Positions 1-13,300 of a DNA stretch of 60,662 bases are shown piece by piece. The stretch spans positions 1 through 60,662 of the forward strand of contig NW_021832560.1 in assembly GCF_006345805.1 (NCBI RefSeq). Direction: 5' to 3'. The notes under the pieces were generated by a model. The model saw only the letters and a program-made list of their open reading frames with translations, was not told the DNA's origin and did no database searches. Made by a program: the position numbers and the translations under genes. The first letter of the stretch is position 1, and each line of letters begins with the position of its first letter. Source of the DNA: Octopus sinensis. Taxonomy: Eukaryota.

Positions 1-77
1 AGATAGATAGATAGATAGATGGATAGAGATACATACATATATAAACAGATATAAATATGTATACATACACACACCAC

Positions 78-129
<52 letters not shown>

Positions 130-157
130 TATATAAATTTAAAATTATAATATTGGC

Positions 158-327
158 TATCTATGAGGGTCTGCCATGATGAAAATAGCAGCCAAAATCT
201 GACTCTAAAATCACATTAAATGTTCATATTGCACAAGGAGAAATGATAAAAAGACAAAATAAAACTAGCAAAGTAAAACTAGTCAGATTTTGGCTGCTAT
301 TTTCAGCATGGCAGTATCTCGTAGATA
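158..327. repeat. Short fold-back / MITE-like element, ~47-bp imperfect inverted arms
   Basis: 158-204 (tatctatgagggtctgccatgatgaaaatagcagccaaaatctgact) is the reverse complement of 281-327, with 33 of the inner 34 bp matching; 76-bp spacer. Confidence 0.8.
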
Positions 328-453
328 CCCTAAATTATAATTGTAATAATAATTATTACCTTTGAAGGTTTTTATTTCCATGCTGGCCACTTGATAAGAT
401 CGATATTTAATTTAAATTAACGATCTTATCCTTATATATATATATATATATCG

Positions 454-640
454 TTGGCGAGTTTTTTTCCTCTGTCTTCCCTTCTCGGGATCTTTCCTTC
501 TCCTATGTTTCCGACGAAGAGCTCCGCTCGAAACGTTAAACCCTCCTTCTTCCCTTCTTTCCTGAGCGTCCAACAATACTATATTTGTTCCACGTCCTCG
601 CATTGTTGTGTTTTCTTGTGTTTTCTTGTGTGGATTAACT
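454..640 (+). mobile_element. Penelope-like pseudo-LTR fragment, family A, containing a hammerhead motif
   Basis: Clearly homologous to 19112-19278 (minus strand); flanked by (TA)n; contains an HHR core. PLE assignment is inferred from the minimal-HHR architecture. Confidence 0.65.
507..541 (+). ncRNA. Minimal type I hammerhead ribozyme motif (U4->C variant)
   Basis: gttt-CCGACGA-a-gagc(tcc)gctc-GAAA-cgt-t-aaac: stem I gttt/aaac, stem II 4 bp, palindromic ACGT stem III, GUU cleavage triplet. Confidence 0.7.
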
Positions 641-674
641 ATATATATATATATGTAATGTATTTATATATAAT

Positions 675-716
<42 letters not shown>

Positions 717-985
717 GCCAAAAATGATATGATGTATTGTACAAGATTTTCAAGAAACGAATCCATGCTAAAGTGCACCTGAGTTCAGCCTCATTATTTA
801 TATGGATACTCTTATTTGCTTGCAGTCCATTTAAAAATGATTTCCTGTCTTTCTTTACTTCTTTTGTATGCCATTTATTAACAAAATCTTCACTAAAGTG
901 CAAACAGAATTCATTTGTTTCCAGTTCTCCACATAACCATTTCCAGACTGCTTGTTGTTCCACAGGCAAGAGGAATATTACTATC

Positions 986-1293
986 AGAGGCACATGGCCC
1001 AGTGGTTAGAGCAGCGGACTTGCGGTCGAGGGATCACAGGTTCGAATCTCAGACTGGGCAATGCGTGTGTTTATGAGCGAAACAACTAAGCTCCACGCGG
1101 CTCCGGCAGAAGGTAATGGCGAACTTCTGCTAACTCTTTCGCCACAACCTTCTCTCACTCTTTACTCCTGCATCTTGCAGCTCACTTGCGACGGACTGGC
1201 ATCCTGTCCAGGTGGGGAACCTATATGCCAAGGAAACCGGGAAACCGGCCCTTATGAGCCAGGCATGGCTCGAGAAGGAAAAAGAAAAAAAAT
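986..1293 (+). mobile_element. tRNA-derived SINE, family 3 head with a V-domain-like body
   Basis: A box TGGCCCAGTGG, B box GGTTCGAATCT, A-rich tail; same head at 35945 (+) and ~25950-26070 (-). Confidence 0.8.
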
Positions 1294-1299
1294 ATTACT

Positions 1300-1410
1300 A
1301 TGCTAGTAAACAGATGCGGGATGGCACCAGGAAGAGCATCCAGTTGCAGAAATCTTTGCTTCAACATATTTTTGACTGGCCCATGCAAACATGGAAAAGG
1401 AGACATTAAA
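1300..1410 (+). mobile_element. 3' tail fragment of RTE-type-tailed repeat
   Basis: Similar to the 3' ends of 18030-18386 and 6255-6535 (aggaagggcatccag...cccatgc..catggaaaa.ggac.ttaa). Confidence 0.5.
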
Positions 1411-1586
1411 AGTATTTTGATACACACATAAATATACTATGTTATCTAAGTCAATGTTATCTAAGTCAACAAGTATTGAGCGAACAGGATTCAGATGGCC
1501 AAATGATGTATTTGCTTACTTACAAGAGTTACAGAAATGTATCTATCTGCCAATCAGACTATCAATTTACCTATCTATCTCCTTTC

Positions 1587-1830
1587 TCAATATCTAGCTA
1601 GATACACACAATACAGGTGTCGGTGAATGCTGTTATACATACATTTATGTATGTATATACACACACGCACACACACATATATATATATATCTATATATAT
1701 ATGTGTGTATATATATGTGTGTGTAGATATATATATGTATATATATATGTATATATATATATGTATATATATGTATATATATAAATAATATATATATATA
1801 TTACATATATATATATACACATACATATTT

Positions 1831-1866
<36 letters not shown>

Positions 1867-1891
1867 CATATATATATATACACATACACAC

Positions 1892-1922
<31 letters not shown>

Positions 1923-2051
1923 TATATATACACATATATATATATATACACACATATATATATACACACACACATATATATATATACACACACACACACA
2001 CATATATATAAACAGATATTTATATAAACAGACATTTATATATGCATATAG

Positions 2052-2083
<32 letters not shown>

Positions 2084-2090
2084 AGAGATA
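1587..2090. repeat. (TA)n/(CA)n/(GATA)n compound microsatellite
   Basis: Direct inspection; explains the poly-I/Y ORFs. Confidence 0.95.
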
Positions 2091-2221
2091 AATTTATTTA
2101 TTGACGTAATAGAGCACACCGTAAAAGTTAATACAAATATACATTTGGTTTCATTTTACTTATTTACATTCGCATCATCATGTATCTGTAAAACTTGTTC
2201 ACAACTTCGTTTTTGATATAG

Positions 2222-2314
2222 GCAATGAATTCACAAGAGGACAATCAATAAACTACGGAAACTTCTCTTCTTCTCAAAAGAGTTCAATCCAAGAAAAGAC
2301 AGCATTTCGACTAT
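2222..2314 (+). CDS. Candidate internal coding exon (phase 1-1, 93 nt), product unknown
   Basis: Acceptor cgtttttgatatag|G, donor tat|gtgagc; only one open frame: (G)NEFTRGQSINYGNFSSSQKSSIQEKTAFRL. Confidence 0.5.
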
Positions 2315-2540
2315 GTGAGCTTTTCTCAAAAATACTTTGTGATATACTTTCTTTCATCAAGACATATTTTATGAGGTTGATTGAGATTCAATTTCCTTAC
2401 ATGGTTGGTCATCTACTTGATTCCATGATTGCTTGCCACTGTTTATTTATTTTGTCTTTCATCCAATAATGACTTAGTTTTTGAACTGAATACTTGACAC
2501 ACTTGTTTACTCTTACATACATCATATATATATATATATA

Positions 2541-2580
2541 TAGGCTCGAAACGTAAAAGACTTGTTTTATTTATATATAT
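2541..2580 (+). other. 3' half of a hammerhead-bearing pLTR (truncated)
   Basis: taggctc-GAAA-cgt-a-aaagac matches the 3' half of the motif at 53620-53655; the 5' half is replaced by (TA)n. Confidence 0.55.
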
Positions 2581-2773
2581 ATATATATACATATATATTT
2601 ATATATATATATATATATATACATATACGGATAATAAGTTCATACAAACACCCTTACACACATGGACACATATACATGTGCGTGTGTGCACACACACATG
2701 CACACACACACACCACACACACATATTTGGATGTGTATACATGTCTGTCTCTATATAAATATACAAATGCATG

Positions 2774-2805
<32 letters not shown>

Positions 2806-3187
2806 TGCATATATATACACATAGATATGTACATACATATATATGCATATGCCTGTATGTATAAATATGATTATATGTATATATATATATGTGTGTGTGT
2901 GTGTATGCATATATATATATATATATACGTATGTGTGTGTATGTATGAATATATATATGCATATATATATACACACATACACACACTCACACACCCATAT
3001 ATATTATATATATATATATATATATTTATATTTGCATGCACATATATGTGTGTATGTCTATGCATGAGTTATATATAGATAAGTATGTATATATAGTAAC
3101 AGATACATACATATATTATATATAAATACGTATACACAGGCACATGCTCTCTCACACACACACACACACATATATATATACATATAA

Positions 3188-3241
<54 letters not shown>

Positions 3242-3420
3242 GCATATATATATGTTACATACATATAAACATTTCTGTGTGTCATTATATACGCATGATG
3301 CATTTGCCAAACTTACAAATGCTCACACATACACCTATACACACACATACATACAAACATTTATTCATACACACATACATGGATACTCACACATATATAT
3401 ATATATATATACACTGCTAC
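2562..3420. repeat. (TA)n/(CA)n compound microsatellite block
   Basis: Direct inspection. Confidence 0.95.
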
Positions 3421-4519
3421 ACTCTTAATCACATATCATCAAATTAATGTAAATATTAGCTTCTATATATATGCACAAACTTACAATTTCATTCTCTTAC
3501 ACCCTCGTTCCTCCCCCTTTCTCTCTCTCTCTCTTTCTGCTTCTCTTTCATGCTCTCTTTTACACACATACATCTAATACATGTTCACATGTAGTCATAT
3601 AGTTTCAGCCACAATATCAATGATTTTCATCATAAGTAAACTATTTTTCTATGTGCTTATATGTGTATTTATTGAAACCTTTATAATAGTTACAGATGCA
3701 CGCATACTCTTTTCCACATACATACACACAAGTATATTTCTCTTCAAAGAGATGATCATACACACGCAACAACACATTTACGCACAATCACACATACATA
3801 CACAAACACAAACTCACACATCATCCCGCAATCACTTTCTTTTTCTTGCACAGACACACACACAAACTCTCTCTCTCGCTCTCGCTCACACACATACACA
3901 TAGACACATACACACATACACATAGACACACATACATAGACACATACATACTCACACATACACTTTCTTATTCACATGTGCCCACGCATTCTTACGCATT
4001 CACATACACACATGCATACAATATATATATATACTTACAGACAAATATCAACACATACGCAAATTGGTATTTCGAACCTGATACTTGATATCTTAACAAA
4101 CAGAAAAATTGTAAGTACCAAGCTACAAGATTTATTGTTTTCAATAAAACCAAGCATTTATTTTATGGGGCAATCTTTTTGTCAAAAGAGAAATCCTACC
4201 TTGAAATTTAATCATGGCACTATCTAGTGAATTCCATTTCCATTTTAAATACGGCCTGTCCTCAATTTATCTGTTTTTATTGTTGATATTAAATTTTCTG
4301 TGTAAGCACTGCCATATAGATGCGGTCAGCTTCCAAACATCAGTAACCGTGATCATGTTTCAATTCACAGTTGTTAAAAATTTTGCTTTGTTCATCTTGT
4401 TAATACACATTGAAGAAACTCCTGATTAACATAATAATCATTTCTCCCATCGGCAATTGATGTCAATAGGAGTGATCCCATGTGACTTGATATCTCTGAA
4501 CACACAAGATCAAGTAAAA

Positions 4520-5060
4520 CTATTGACGTTATCTTTCTACTGCAACATCAACACACAACAAGTATTTCAAGACTATTTTCCCTGCTAAGGCAGCAGTTAG
4601 CCTTGCAAGTCTCTTGACAGTTTTTTTTCTCAATTTAACTCTCATTCTCTCCTCTATCATTTTTAACCATATCATTCCTAGTCTTCTGTTTCTTCTGCTC
4701 TCTTCCATATTCATCTTCATCACCCTTCCCACCAAATTGTTTTCTTCTTTTCTCAGATCATGGCCCAGCTACTTCACCCCATTTCTTTTCACAGTATCCA
4801 TCACTGGCTCTAAAAATTCTAATCTCAGTTCTTTCAAGCCTTCACTGCTACATCATGTTCATCAATGATACCTCACTCTTATAAATCCTTATCACTTCTC
4901 CACACGTTTTCATGCATGCATCATACACCATTCCCTTTGGTTTCAATGCCACTTCTCTCCTGAATAGCATGCCAGTCACAATGCTACAAAAGATGACTGT
5001 ATGGTCAAAAAGTTTGCTCCAGGACCAAGAAGTTCTGAGTTTGTTCCTTCTGTGTGGACA
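4520..5060 (-). mobile_element. Decayed RTE-clade LINE ORF2 C-terminal remnant
   Basis: Minus-strand translation VTGMLFRREVALKPKGMVYDACMK ... VK*LGHDLRKEENNLVGRVMKMNMEESRRNRRLGMIWLKMIEE resembles the RTE C-terminal RWLGHV.R....GRRPRGRP..W region; has stops and frameshifts. Confidence 0.65.
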
Positions 5061-5324
5061 TTATCAGTTAGTATCTTTTGTTATAATCGCATCTTGATTA
5101 GTACCTTATGAGTGAAATTTGGTAGAGAGAAGTCAATCATATATTTTTGTATATATATATATTTATATAAATATATACAAAGTGGGCCAAAGTGGGCCAA
5201 AAGCTCCAGAATCGTCAGGCAAGCTTCAATTGTACTAAAATTGAATAAAATAAATGAAATAAGGATGACTAAACATGTACTTGTAAATGATGAACAAAAT
5301 GAATTATAATAACAATAATCCTTT

Positions 5325-5480
5325 CTACTAAAGGCACAAGGCCTAAAATTTTGTGGGAGGGGACTAGCTGATTACATCAACCTCAGTGTTTCACTGGTAC
5401 TTAATTTAACAACCCCGAAAGGATGAAAGGCAAAGTTGACCTTGGTGGAATTTGAACTCAGAGCATAGCAAAGGATGAAA
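5325..5480 (-). mobile_element. SINE family 2 fragment
   Basis: ccccgaaaggatgaaaggcaaagttgacc..gaatttgaactcag, shared with many copies. Confidence 0.8.
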
Positions 5481-5650
5481 GGTTTTTTTTATTTCGTATA
5501 TTTTCATTTGTCTTGCTTACTTTTACATTTTGGTTTTTTGCTGAGATTTTTCTTGAGAATAGATTCTTCGAGGTAATGGCGATTTGACATCTATGTTTAG
5601 CATATAGGCTGTCCACTTTTAGTGGTCAGTCCTCTAAATTTTGTAACACA

Positions 5651-5685
<35 letters not shown>

Positions 5686-5751
5686 ATGAGGGGTTTAGTT
5701 CATAAGAAATAATAATATTAGTGGCCGCAAGCATATGGTTAATATATACAT

Positions 5752-6140
5752 AGGTGCAGGAGTGGTAAGAACCTTGATTCCTAACAACATGGTTCCAGGT
5801 TCAGTCCCACTGCATGGCACTTTGTCTTCCACTATAGCTTCAGGCCAGCGAAAGCCTTATGAGTGGATTTGGTATACAGAAACTTAAAGAAGCCTGTAGT
5901 ATATATATGTGTGTGTGTGTCTTTGTGTCTGTGTCTGTCCTCTCATCACTGCTCAACAACCAGTGTTGGTGTGCTTATGTACCTGTAATTTAGCAGGTTC
6001 AGCAAAAGACACTGATAGAATAAGCCCTAGGCTTAAAAAAAAAGTACTGGGATCAATTTATTCAACTAAAAATTCAAGATGGTGCCCCAGTGTGACCACA
6101 GTCTAATGACTGAAACAAGTAAATGATAAAAGATTAAAGA
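5752..6140 (+). mobile_element. tRNA-derived SINE family 1 (CORE-like motif, internal microsatellite)
   Basis: Homologous to the ~400-bp copies at 10015, 17548, 23015, 53763 and 56121; CpGs decayed. Confidence 0.85.
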
Positions 6141-6254
6141 CATGTATATATATATATAAACACACATACACACAAATATGTGTGTTTCTTATGCTTTTAT
6201 ACAGTGTTTGCTGACTATAAGCCATGGTCAACATTTACACAAAACAGTGTTGTA

Positions 6255-6535
6255 TCATCACCATCATCATCATCATCTAATGTCTGCTTTCCATGCTGGC
6301 ATGGGTTGGATAGTTTGACTGAGGACTGGAAAGCCAGTAGGCTGCACCAGGCTCCAATCTGATTTGGCAAGGTTTCTGCAGCTGGCTGCCCTTCCTAATG
6401 TCAACCACTCCAAGAGTGCAGTGGGTGCTTTTTACACGCCACTAGCATGGGAGCCAGTCAGGCAGTACTGGCATCAACCACGCTCAAATGGTGCTTTTTA
6501 CGTGCCACCAGCATGGGAGCCTGTCAGGCAGCACT
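6255..6535 (-). mobile_element. RTE-type-tailed repeat with (GAT)n tail
   Basis: Reverse complement of the 18030-18386 family; (CAT)n at its left end. Confidence 0.75.
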
Positions 6536-7105
6536 GTTTACAAAAAGTGGTCTGAGTTGTTTGTTGTTTGGTAGACTGAGGATTTGTAACAGGAAATGCA
6601 TCTTGCCATGGGAAAGTCTACCTCAAAGTAATTCCATTTGACACATGCGAGCATAGTAAGTAGTAGACATTGGAATGATGCCAACTAAAACGGCAAAGAT
6701 AATGAGTAAGAGATGATAACGATATATTCCCCGCCTCCATCTCTCTCTTATACACACTTAATATTCTTGTACCCTTTGATTGAAATACAACCTTTGGTAA
6801 CTTCCTTAATAAGAATGATGCGCATATCATAAAAATTTTATCAAAGAATACAAACATGATTTCTTTTCCATTCTCTTCTTTGAACACTTCCTTACAAGAC
6901 ACTTTCTTGTTGGCTCCATAAAGCAAAGTTCAGAGCACTCTCTTGGGGACATAGGATGTAAGAAACTCAACAAAGGCCATCACAAGGCATCTCATTCCAT
7001 GTATTAATAATTCAACCAATCAACTGAGTTGTACTGGTACATTATTTTATTGACCCCCAGAAAAATTACAGACAAAGCTCTCTTTGGCAGGATTTGAATT
7101 CACAG

Positions 7106-7335
7106 ATTAACACTATTGTTAATGTATTTATTCTGAGATGTTCTGTGTTTCTTTCAATTACTTTAAATATAACAAATAATTTAGTAAAATAACTTAGTTA
7201 TCATTAAGCTAGTGTTAGGAACATAAATTGTGACTAAGGTTAGGTGGAAGATTTTAATTCAAAACTTATGAAAACAAGACATTTGTACTCAGAGCCAGAG
7301 CTAGTTTTAGCCAGGTTGGTAATGAAAAGGCTAAA
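7106..7335. mobile_element. Possible decayed non-autonomous DNA transposon with TTAA-like ends
   Basis: Left ttaacactattgttaat and right gtaatgaaaagggctaa form a degenerate terminal inverted pair. Confidence 0.3.
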
Positions 7336-7489
7336 GAACTGATAGGGGGGGGGGAGTACGGCTAGGTATTTTAACCAAAACTTTAATGGTTCTGCTATTT
7401 TACTGCAAATTTTACAAACCCAAATTCACTTATAAATGCATAGCTAAATGTATGCGTAGTTACATACATCTACACTATCTTTATTATCA

Positions 7490-7501
7490 TGTCTTCCTGA
7501 A

Positions 7502-7545
<44 letters not shown>

Positions 7546-7791
7546 CCATCTCATCATTATCATCATTGGCATCATCATTGGCATCACTGCACTCTTTCTT
7601 GCTGTTGCTAGTATTGTCATCACCATTGCTGTTGTCATCATTATACATGGCAACAACAGTGGCAGAAATAGCAGAATCAGCTTCAGTGGTATCAGTGGCA
7701 TCATCACTATTGTCACTGGTACTGTAGTCCTCCTCCTCCTCCTCTTCCTCCTCCTCCTCATCATCATCATCATCATCGTCATCACCACCAC

Positions 7792-7833
<42 letters not shown>

Positions 7834-7975
7834 ATCATTATCATCATCATCATCGCCATCGCCATCCTCCTCCTCCTCATCCTCATCATCACTGTCTTCA
7901 GCGTTGTCGCCATCGCTGATGTCGTCATCATCTTCTTCTGCCTCCACCTTCCTCATGCTTATCATCATCATCACA
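7490..7975. repeat. Compound (ATC)n/(TCC)n trinucleotide repeat
   Basis: Direct inspection; source of the poly-M/D/I ORFs. Confidence 0.9.
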
Positions 7976-8175
7976 GTGTTAACACATTTATGGCCTTAGC
8001 TTACAAACAAAACAAGAAAGGCACCAATACTGCTGCCAGATCCAAAATGATTTCTCTTTGAAATCGAATCCTATCACCATTTCTATCTAAATGCAATAAA
8101 TATCCTTCAAATGAATGTCTACACTTTCATTTGTTTGTTTTTTTGTTTTTTTTTTTTTGCTTTTGGTTTTTGCAG

Positions 8176-8325
8176 AATTCCTCAGACATCCAAACAGTCA
8201 TCGCCTATCTCTAAATTACATGGCAGTGGATCTTCTTTATCAAATGATGAGGATTCAGTTATCCAAACAATTGAATTACCTGCTTCTAAATTAATGTACA
8301 ATGTGGCTGTGTATTCCACAGATAA
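8176..8325 (+). CDS. Candidate internal coding exon (phase 2-2, 150 nt), product unknown
   Basis: Very long T-tract plus ttgcag| acceptor, donor ataa|gtattt; open frame IPQTSKQSSPISKLHGSGSSLSNDEDSVIQTIELPASKLMYNVAVYSTD. Confidence 0.6.
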
Positions 8326-9599
8326 GTATTTCCTTTCAGTAATTCTCTGACAAATTTAGTAAGGCACTCTCTGTGAAATGAGATTCATTGCCGTCATGTA
8401 CCATACACCTGCAGCACATTGGTGACCCTACATTGAAAGTTCTGTCTTCCCAATGAAGTACATGTTATCCAGCTGCCTTGCCACTTTCATCCCTTCAGCT
8501 CATGATATTGTCCACCTATTGCATTCTTTGCCTGTAAGACTATACCTTTTAAACTGGATTAGATTGGATTAGGTCGGATTAGGTTGGATTAGATTACCTA
8601 TGTTTAGTCCACTGCAGGATGAAGGAACATGCCTTAGCATGTTCTTTCTACCAGAGATCATACTGGTTCAATGAGCCAACTCTACAACACTGGCTCATGG
8701 CTTGGCAGTGGAGTGCTATTTTTATGCTCTTACCCAGAAGTATTCAAGTCGATTACATCACCCAGTGCTCAACGAGTACTTATTTTATCAACCCTGAAAG
8801 GACAAAAGATAAAGTCAGCCTCTTAAACTAACCTTTTATATTATAGGTGCACCTCACCCTCAAAAAGCTCCTGTGCAGTTTTCATCTAACCAACTTCACA
8901 CATAAGGCCTTTGTTGATCTCAGGTCAGAGAAAATTATAATTACCCACGATGCCATTCAGCGAGATTGAACCAGAGCCCTTATGGTTGCAAAGTGAACTT
9001 CTTAAACATTCAGCCATATTGTGTCTACATATTATGTAGTATTGAGGAGATTAAAGACTAATCTATTCTGGCATGAGATGTTAGTCTATTGCAGATTGGT
9101 TTTCTTATAGAAGGAACTGGACTCAGTTTGACAGCTTGTCAGTAAATCAGTTGTCAAATTCATGTAAATGCATATCTTTACACACAAACTCACACACACA
9201 TTTGCATAGACACACATAAACACACACACATGCACACAAACATACACACACATATATGTAAGTTATGATGGGTGTATCAAAGCTGTTCACAATAAGTTCA
9301 TAATTTATAAGAAATTTATAAGGAAACTAAAAACCTACCAGCAATGTTTAGTGACTTCGAAGTTTGGTGGAGAAGGAGAGATAATTCCAAGAAATTCAGA
9401 ATAAATCATTTATTTTAAATAAATTCTTGCTTTGCTTATGGAAAATGGAGCAACCTGGTTATTACTGTATGTATATAAATATATATAAATATGCATGTGC
9501 ATGTGTAGTGAATGAATGAAAGATTATAGCATTCAACACATTTGCTTAGAGGTATATATATTTAATTTTGACTCAACCTCACATCACTTAAAGTTTCAG

Positions 9600-9679
9600 A
9601 GGAGTAAAACACATCAACATCATCAGATGTTTAGAGAGTGAGTGGAGAGAATGTGAAAGAAATCTAAAACGGCTTCTTG
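9600..9679 (+). CDS. Candidate exon (phase 2-1, 80 nt)
   Basis: tttcag|A acceptor (weak pyrimidine tract), G|gtgaga donor; phase-compatible with the 8176 exon; GVKHINIIRCLESEWRECERNLKRLL. Confidence 0.3.
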
Positions 9680-9739
9680 GTGAGAGTATTTATGCCTCCA
9701 TTGGTCAGTTCAGGTCATGTGGTCCATTTTGTTAATATA

Positions 9740-9975
9740 GGGCGGTAAGCTGGCAGAATCATTAGCATGCCGGGTGGAACGCTTAGCAGTATTTCATCTG
9801 CCATTATGTTCTCAGTTCAAATTCCGTCAAGGTTGATTTGCCTTTCATCCTTTTGGGAGTCGATTAAATAAGTACCAGTTATGCACTGGAGTCGATGTAA
9901 TCAACTTAATCCCTTTGTCCATCCTTGTTTGTCCCCTCTATGTTTAGCCCCTTGTGGTCAATAAAGAAATAAATA
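9740..9975 (+). mobile_element. SINE family 2, full-length monomer
   Basis: A-box-like TGGCAGAATC, B-box-like cAGTTCAAATTCC; body matches the 32856 copy. Confidence 0.85.
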
Positions 9976-10014
9976 TATATTTATAAATATCAGTTCTTTA
10001 AGTAGAAGCTCCAT

Positions 10015-10172
10015 ATGGTGTAGGAGTGGCTGTGTGGTAAGTAGCTTGTTTACCGGGTTCAGTCCCACTGCGTGGCACCTTGGGCAAGTGTCTTCTACTA
10101 TAGCCTCAGGTTGACCAAAGCCTTGTGAGTGAATTTGGCAGACGGAAACTGAAAGAAGCCCATCGTATATAC

Positions 10173-10236
<64 letters not shown>

Positions 10237-10457
10237 ATATGTTTGTATGTCTGTGTTTGTCCCCCCAACATTGCTTAACAACCAATGCTGGTGTGTTTAC
10301 GTCTCCATAACTTAGTGATTCGGCAAAAGAGACCGATAGAATAAGTACTAGGATTACAAAGAATAAGTCCTGGGGTTGATTTGCTCGACTTAATGCGGTG
10401 CTCCAGCATGGCCACAGTCAAATGACTGAAACAAGTGAAAGAGAAAGAGAGTAAGAG
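10015..10457 (+). mobile_element. SINE family 1
   Basis: ggagtggctgtgtggtaag...gtggcaccttgggcaagtg...internal (TA)(TG)n...tgactgaaacaagt. Confidence 0.9.
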
Positions 10458-11600
10458 TATTCAAAGAGAATATTGGTATCACATATTAAGCATACTGCAG
10501 TGTGTGATATGTCATCAACATCTGGTATTTATATTACATGCTGCTCATGGCAGAGCAGACAAAATGTAGGTGCCAGTTAGCCATCACTCTGTGGAATATG
10601 GTGCATCAGCAGGAACAGATAAGCTGTGGTGATATTACTGATTTGCTGGTATTAGATTACATATGAGCTTGCAAGACCAACATGAGTGATAGCAAGGTGA
10701 AATTGTGAGGGACAGCCTGTCAAGGTGCATGGGTCAATTAGGTTTAGATTGGTCAATTTAGGTTATTGGCAAGCAAAGGCTTTCAGTACATTGACAGAGT
10801 GTTACTTCGGGGGCAGCAATATGATAGGTCAGTTTTTCGATAGATGAATAGTGCAGTGTGGTGGTGGAGGGTGATGTTCTTCATGAAGGTAGAGTTGGCC
10901 ATGTGGTGTGTGTGTGTATGTGATGAGGTTTCTTTCAATTACCAGCAACAAAATCCAGTTAAAAACCTTTGGTCTGTCCAGAACACATTTGCTCAAAATG
11001 CTGTGCATTGAGACTCAACCAAAAACCATTGGTTTTTTTCAAGTGAACTCTGAAACTACAAAGCTGTTCTTGTCTCTCCAGTGTATATATGTGTGTGTAT
11101 GTGTGTGTGTAGATATGTAAATATGTTTATATACATATATATATGAGATACATACAGTCAAATAGAAAAGTAAACACCCCACTTTCATATAAACACATTC
11201 AAAATTGCAAGTGAAATACTGCACACATACAAACCTACAGACTAAATTTACTCAAGGAAATAAATAAGCAAAAACAAAACGATATTAATACTAATAATAA
11301 TACCAACACAAATAAACTAATACACCTACAACCAACCGACCTACTTCTCATAAACAAATTAATCACACCTCCTACCCAAACCTCATGGAATATAAACATA
11401 ACACCAGAGGCACAACATACACAACAACATCATAGACACATCATACAACCAATGAAACAGTGTAGGCATCAGATCATGATTGAACACAATTGGATATAAT
11501 CACAACTAATACCCAGTCAATCTTGCCTGATGATTGCTCTGGCATGAAACCCAAGTCACAGGACAGAGTCTCTACTTCAGTTTTAAATGTATACACTTTG

Positions 11601-11651
<51 letters not shown>

Positions 11652-12610
11652 TCACACACACATATATATATGTATGTATACATACATACATACATACATA
11701 CATACATAGGCTCCACCACAAACAGAAAGCTTTTAACATAAAATTTCATTTCATACAGTAATGCTCCTAATATGTATTTTCCACTGCATAGTTCAACAGG
11801 AGGGCATCATAATACTGTATAAATAAACTGCACTTTAGAATACAAACTATATCTAGTAAATAAATACATGAACACACACATACACACACACATACCCACA
11901 CATACATACATACATTTACACACACATATTTTTAATACAGGCAACCTTGTTTCTAAACATAACATATTTATTATGCATATATAATGCAGTGAAATTTCTA
12001 TCTGAATTAAATGTCAGAGTTGAAAGGTCACATTATAGATGAGGTTAATATTTACAAAATTTTATTAGTCTAGCAACAACAGTTTTTCGTTGAATTTTAT
12101 TATGGTTCAATAACAACTCAAGACTCATTATATATTAATATATTTTCATGAAGTTTTATTAAATATAAATTTTAAGATATATATGCAGTTGGATATCAAT
12201 TATTGAAATGAAGTATTTTTCTGTTATATTTGTGTGTATTTTACATTACATGAATCAATATTTTTATAACTAGTCTGGTTCAAATTTTTGTTTTACATGA
12301 TACATTTCAATGAGGTGGGGGAGACTATTCCAGGATTGAAACTGATCTATCAATCTCTTGAATAGTGTTGGGTTGTAGTCTACAGACAGTTTCCCTGGCC
12401 CCAGTACACTCAGTGCAGTGACTGATAGGAGGAAGAGCATCCAATTATGGAGACCAAAAGCAAAACGCTGTATACAAACAAGATGTGGACCTCTGATATG
12501 TCTGGATGAATAAATTCCTGAATATTCACAGACTCTGACCACGGCAACTGACTAACCCATACCAGTTGAGAAAACATTTGTAAAGCAATGATTATGGAGA
12601 CATACATGTA

Positions 12611-12836
12611 CTCTTTTACTTGTTTCAGTCATTTAACTGTGGCCATCCTGGAGCACCACCTTTAGTTGATCAAATTGACCCCAGGACTTATTCTTTGGAC
12701 ACCTAGTACTTATTCTATCGGTCCCTTCTGCCGAACCGCTAAGTTACGGGGATGTAAACATACCACCATCGGTTGTCAAGCGATGTGGGGGGGGGGGCAA
12801 GCACAAACACACAAACATATACACACACACACATAC

Positions 12837-12881
<45 letters not shown>

Positions 12882-13037
12882 ATATATACACGATGGGCTT
12901 CTTTCAGTTTCCGTCTACCAACCGCTTTGGTTGGTTCGAGTCTATAGTAGAAGACACTTGCCCAAGGTGCCACACAGTCAGACTGAACCCAGAGCCATGT
13001 GGTTGGTAAGCAAGCTACTTACCACACAGCCACTCCC
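12611..13037 (-). mobile_element. SINE family 1
   Basis: Reverse complement of the family consensus. Confidence 0.9.
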
Positions 13038-13059
13038 TACACCTATATGTATATCATTA

Positions 13060-13300
13060 TCATTATTTAACATCTGTCTTCCATGCTGGCCTGAGTTGGA
13101 CAGGTTGATAGGTGCTGGCCAACTGGAGAGCTGCACCAAGCTCCAGTTGTCTATTCTGGCATGGTCTCTACAGCTGGATGCCCTATCTTTACAAAATGTA
13201 CTGGGTGCCTTCTACATGCCTCTGGCATGGGTGAATTCTGCAAGACACCAGCATAAGTACATTTTGTCATTTTATGTGGCCCCAGCACCTGCAAGGCAAA
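13060..13300 (-). mobile_element. RTE-type-tailed repeat, decayed
   Basis: ttccatgctggc...ggatgccct...ctggcatggg similarity to 6255-6535. Confidence 0.6.

Noticed and set aside
986-1060. tRNA-like sequences (also heads at ~19590-19650, 26000-26070 and 35945)
   Set aside because: These are A/B-box heads continuing into SINE bodies; no complete cloverleaf with acceptor stem was recognised.
6650-6900. Minus-strand ISIKGYKNIKCV*KRDGGG resembling a LINE endonuclease motif
   Set aside because: A single short motif with a stop; not enough support.
6575-6957. Small splice-flanked segments (6575/6593-6627, 6899-6957) as links between exons 2222 and 8176
   Set aside because: The only phase-compatible chain creates an in-frame TGA at the 2314/6593 junction.
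12270-12600. GC-richer island with a 90-aa minus ORF and a possible + strand terminal exon (12274-12365)
   Set aside because: No recognisable product, and several competing short frames; cannot be supported without RNA data.
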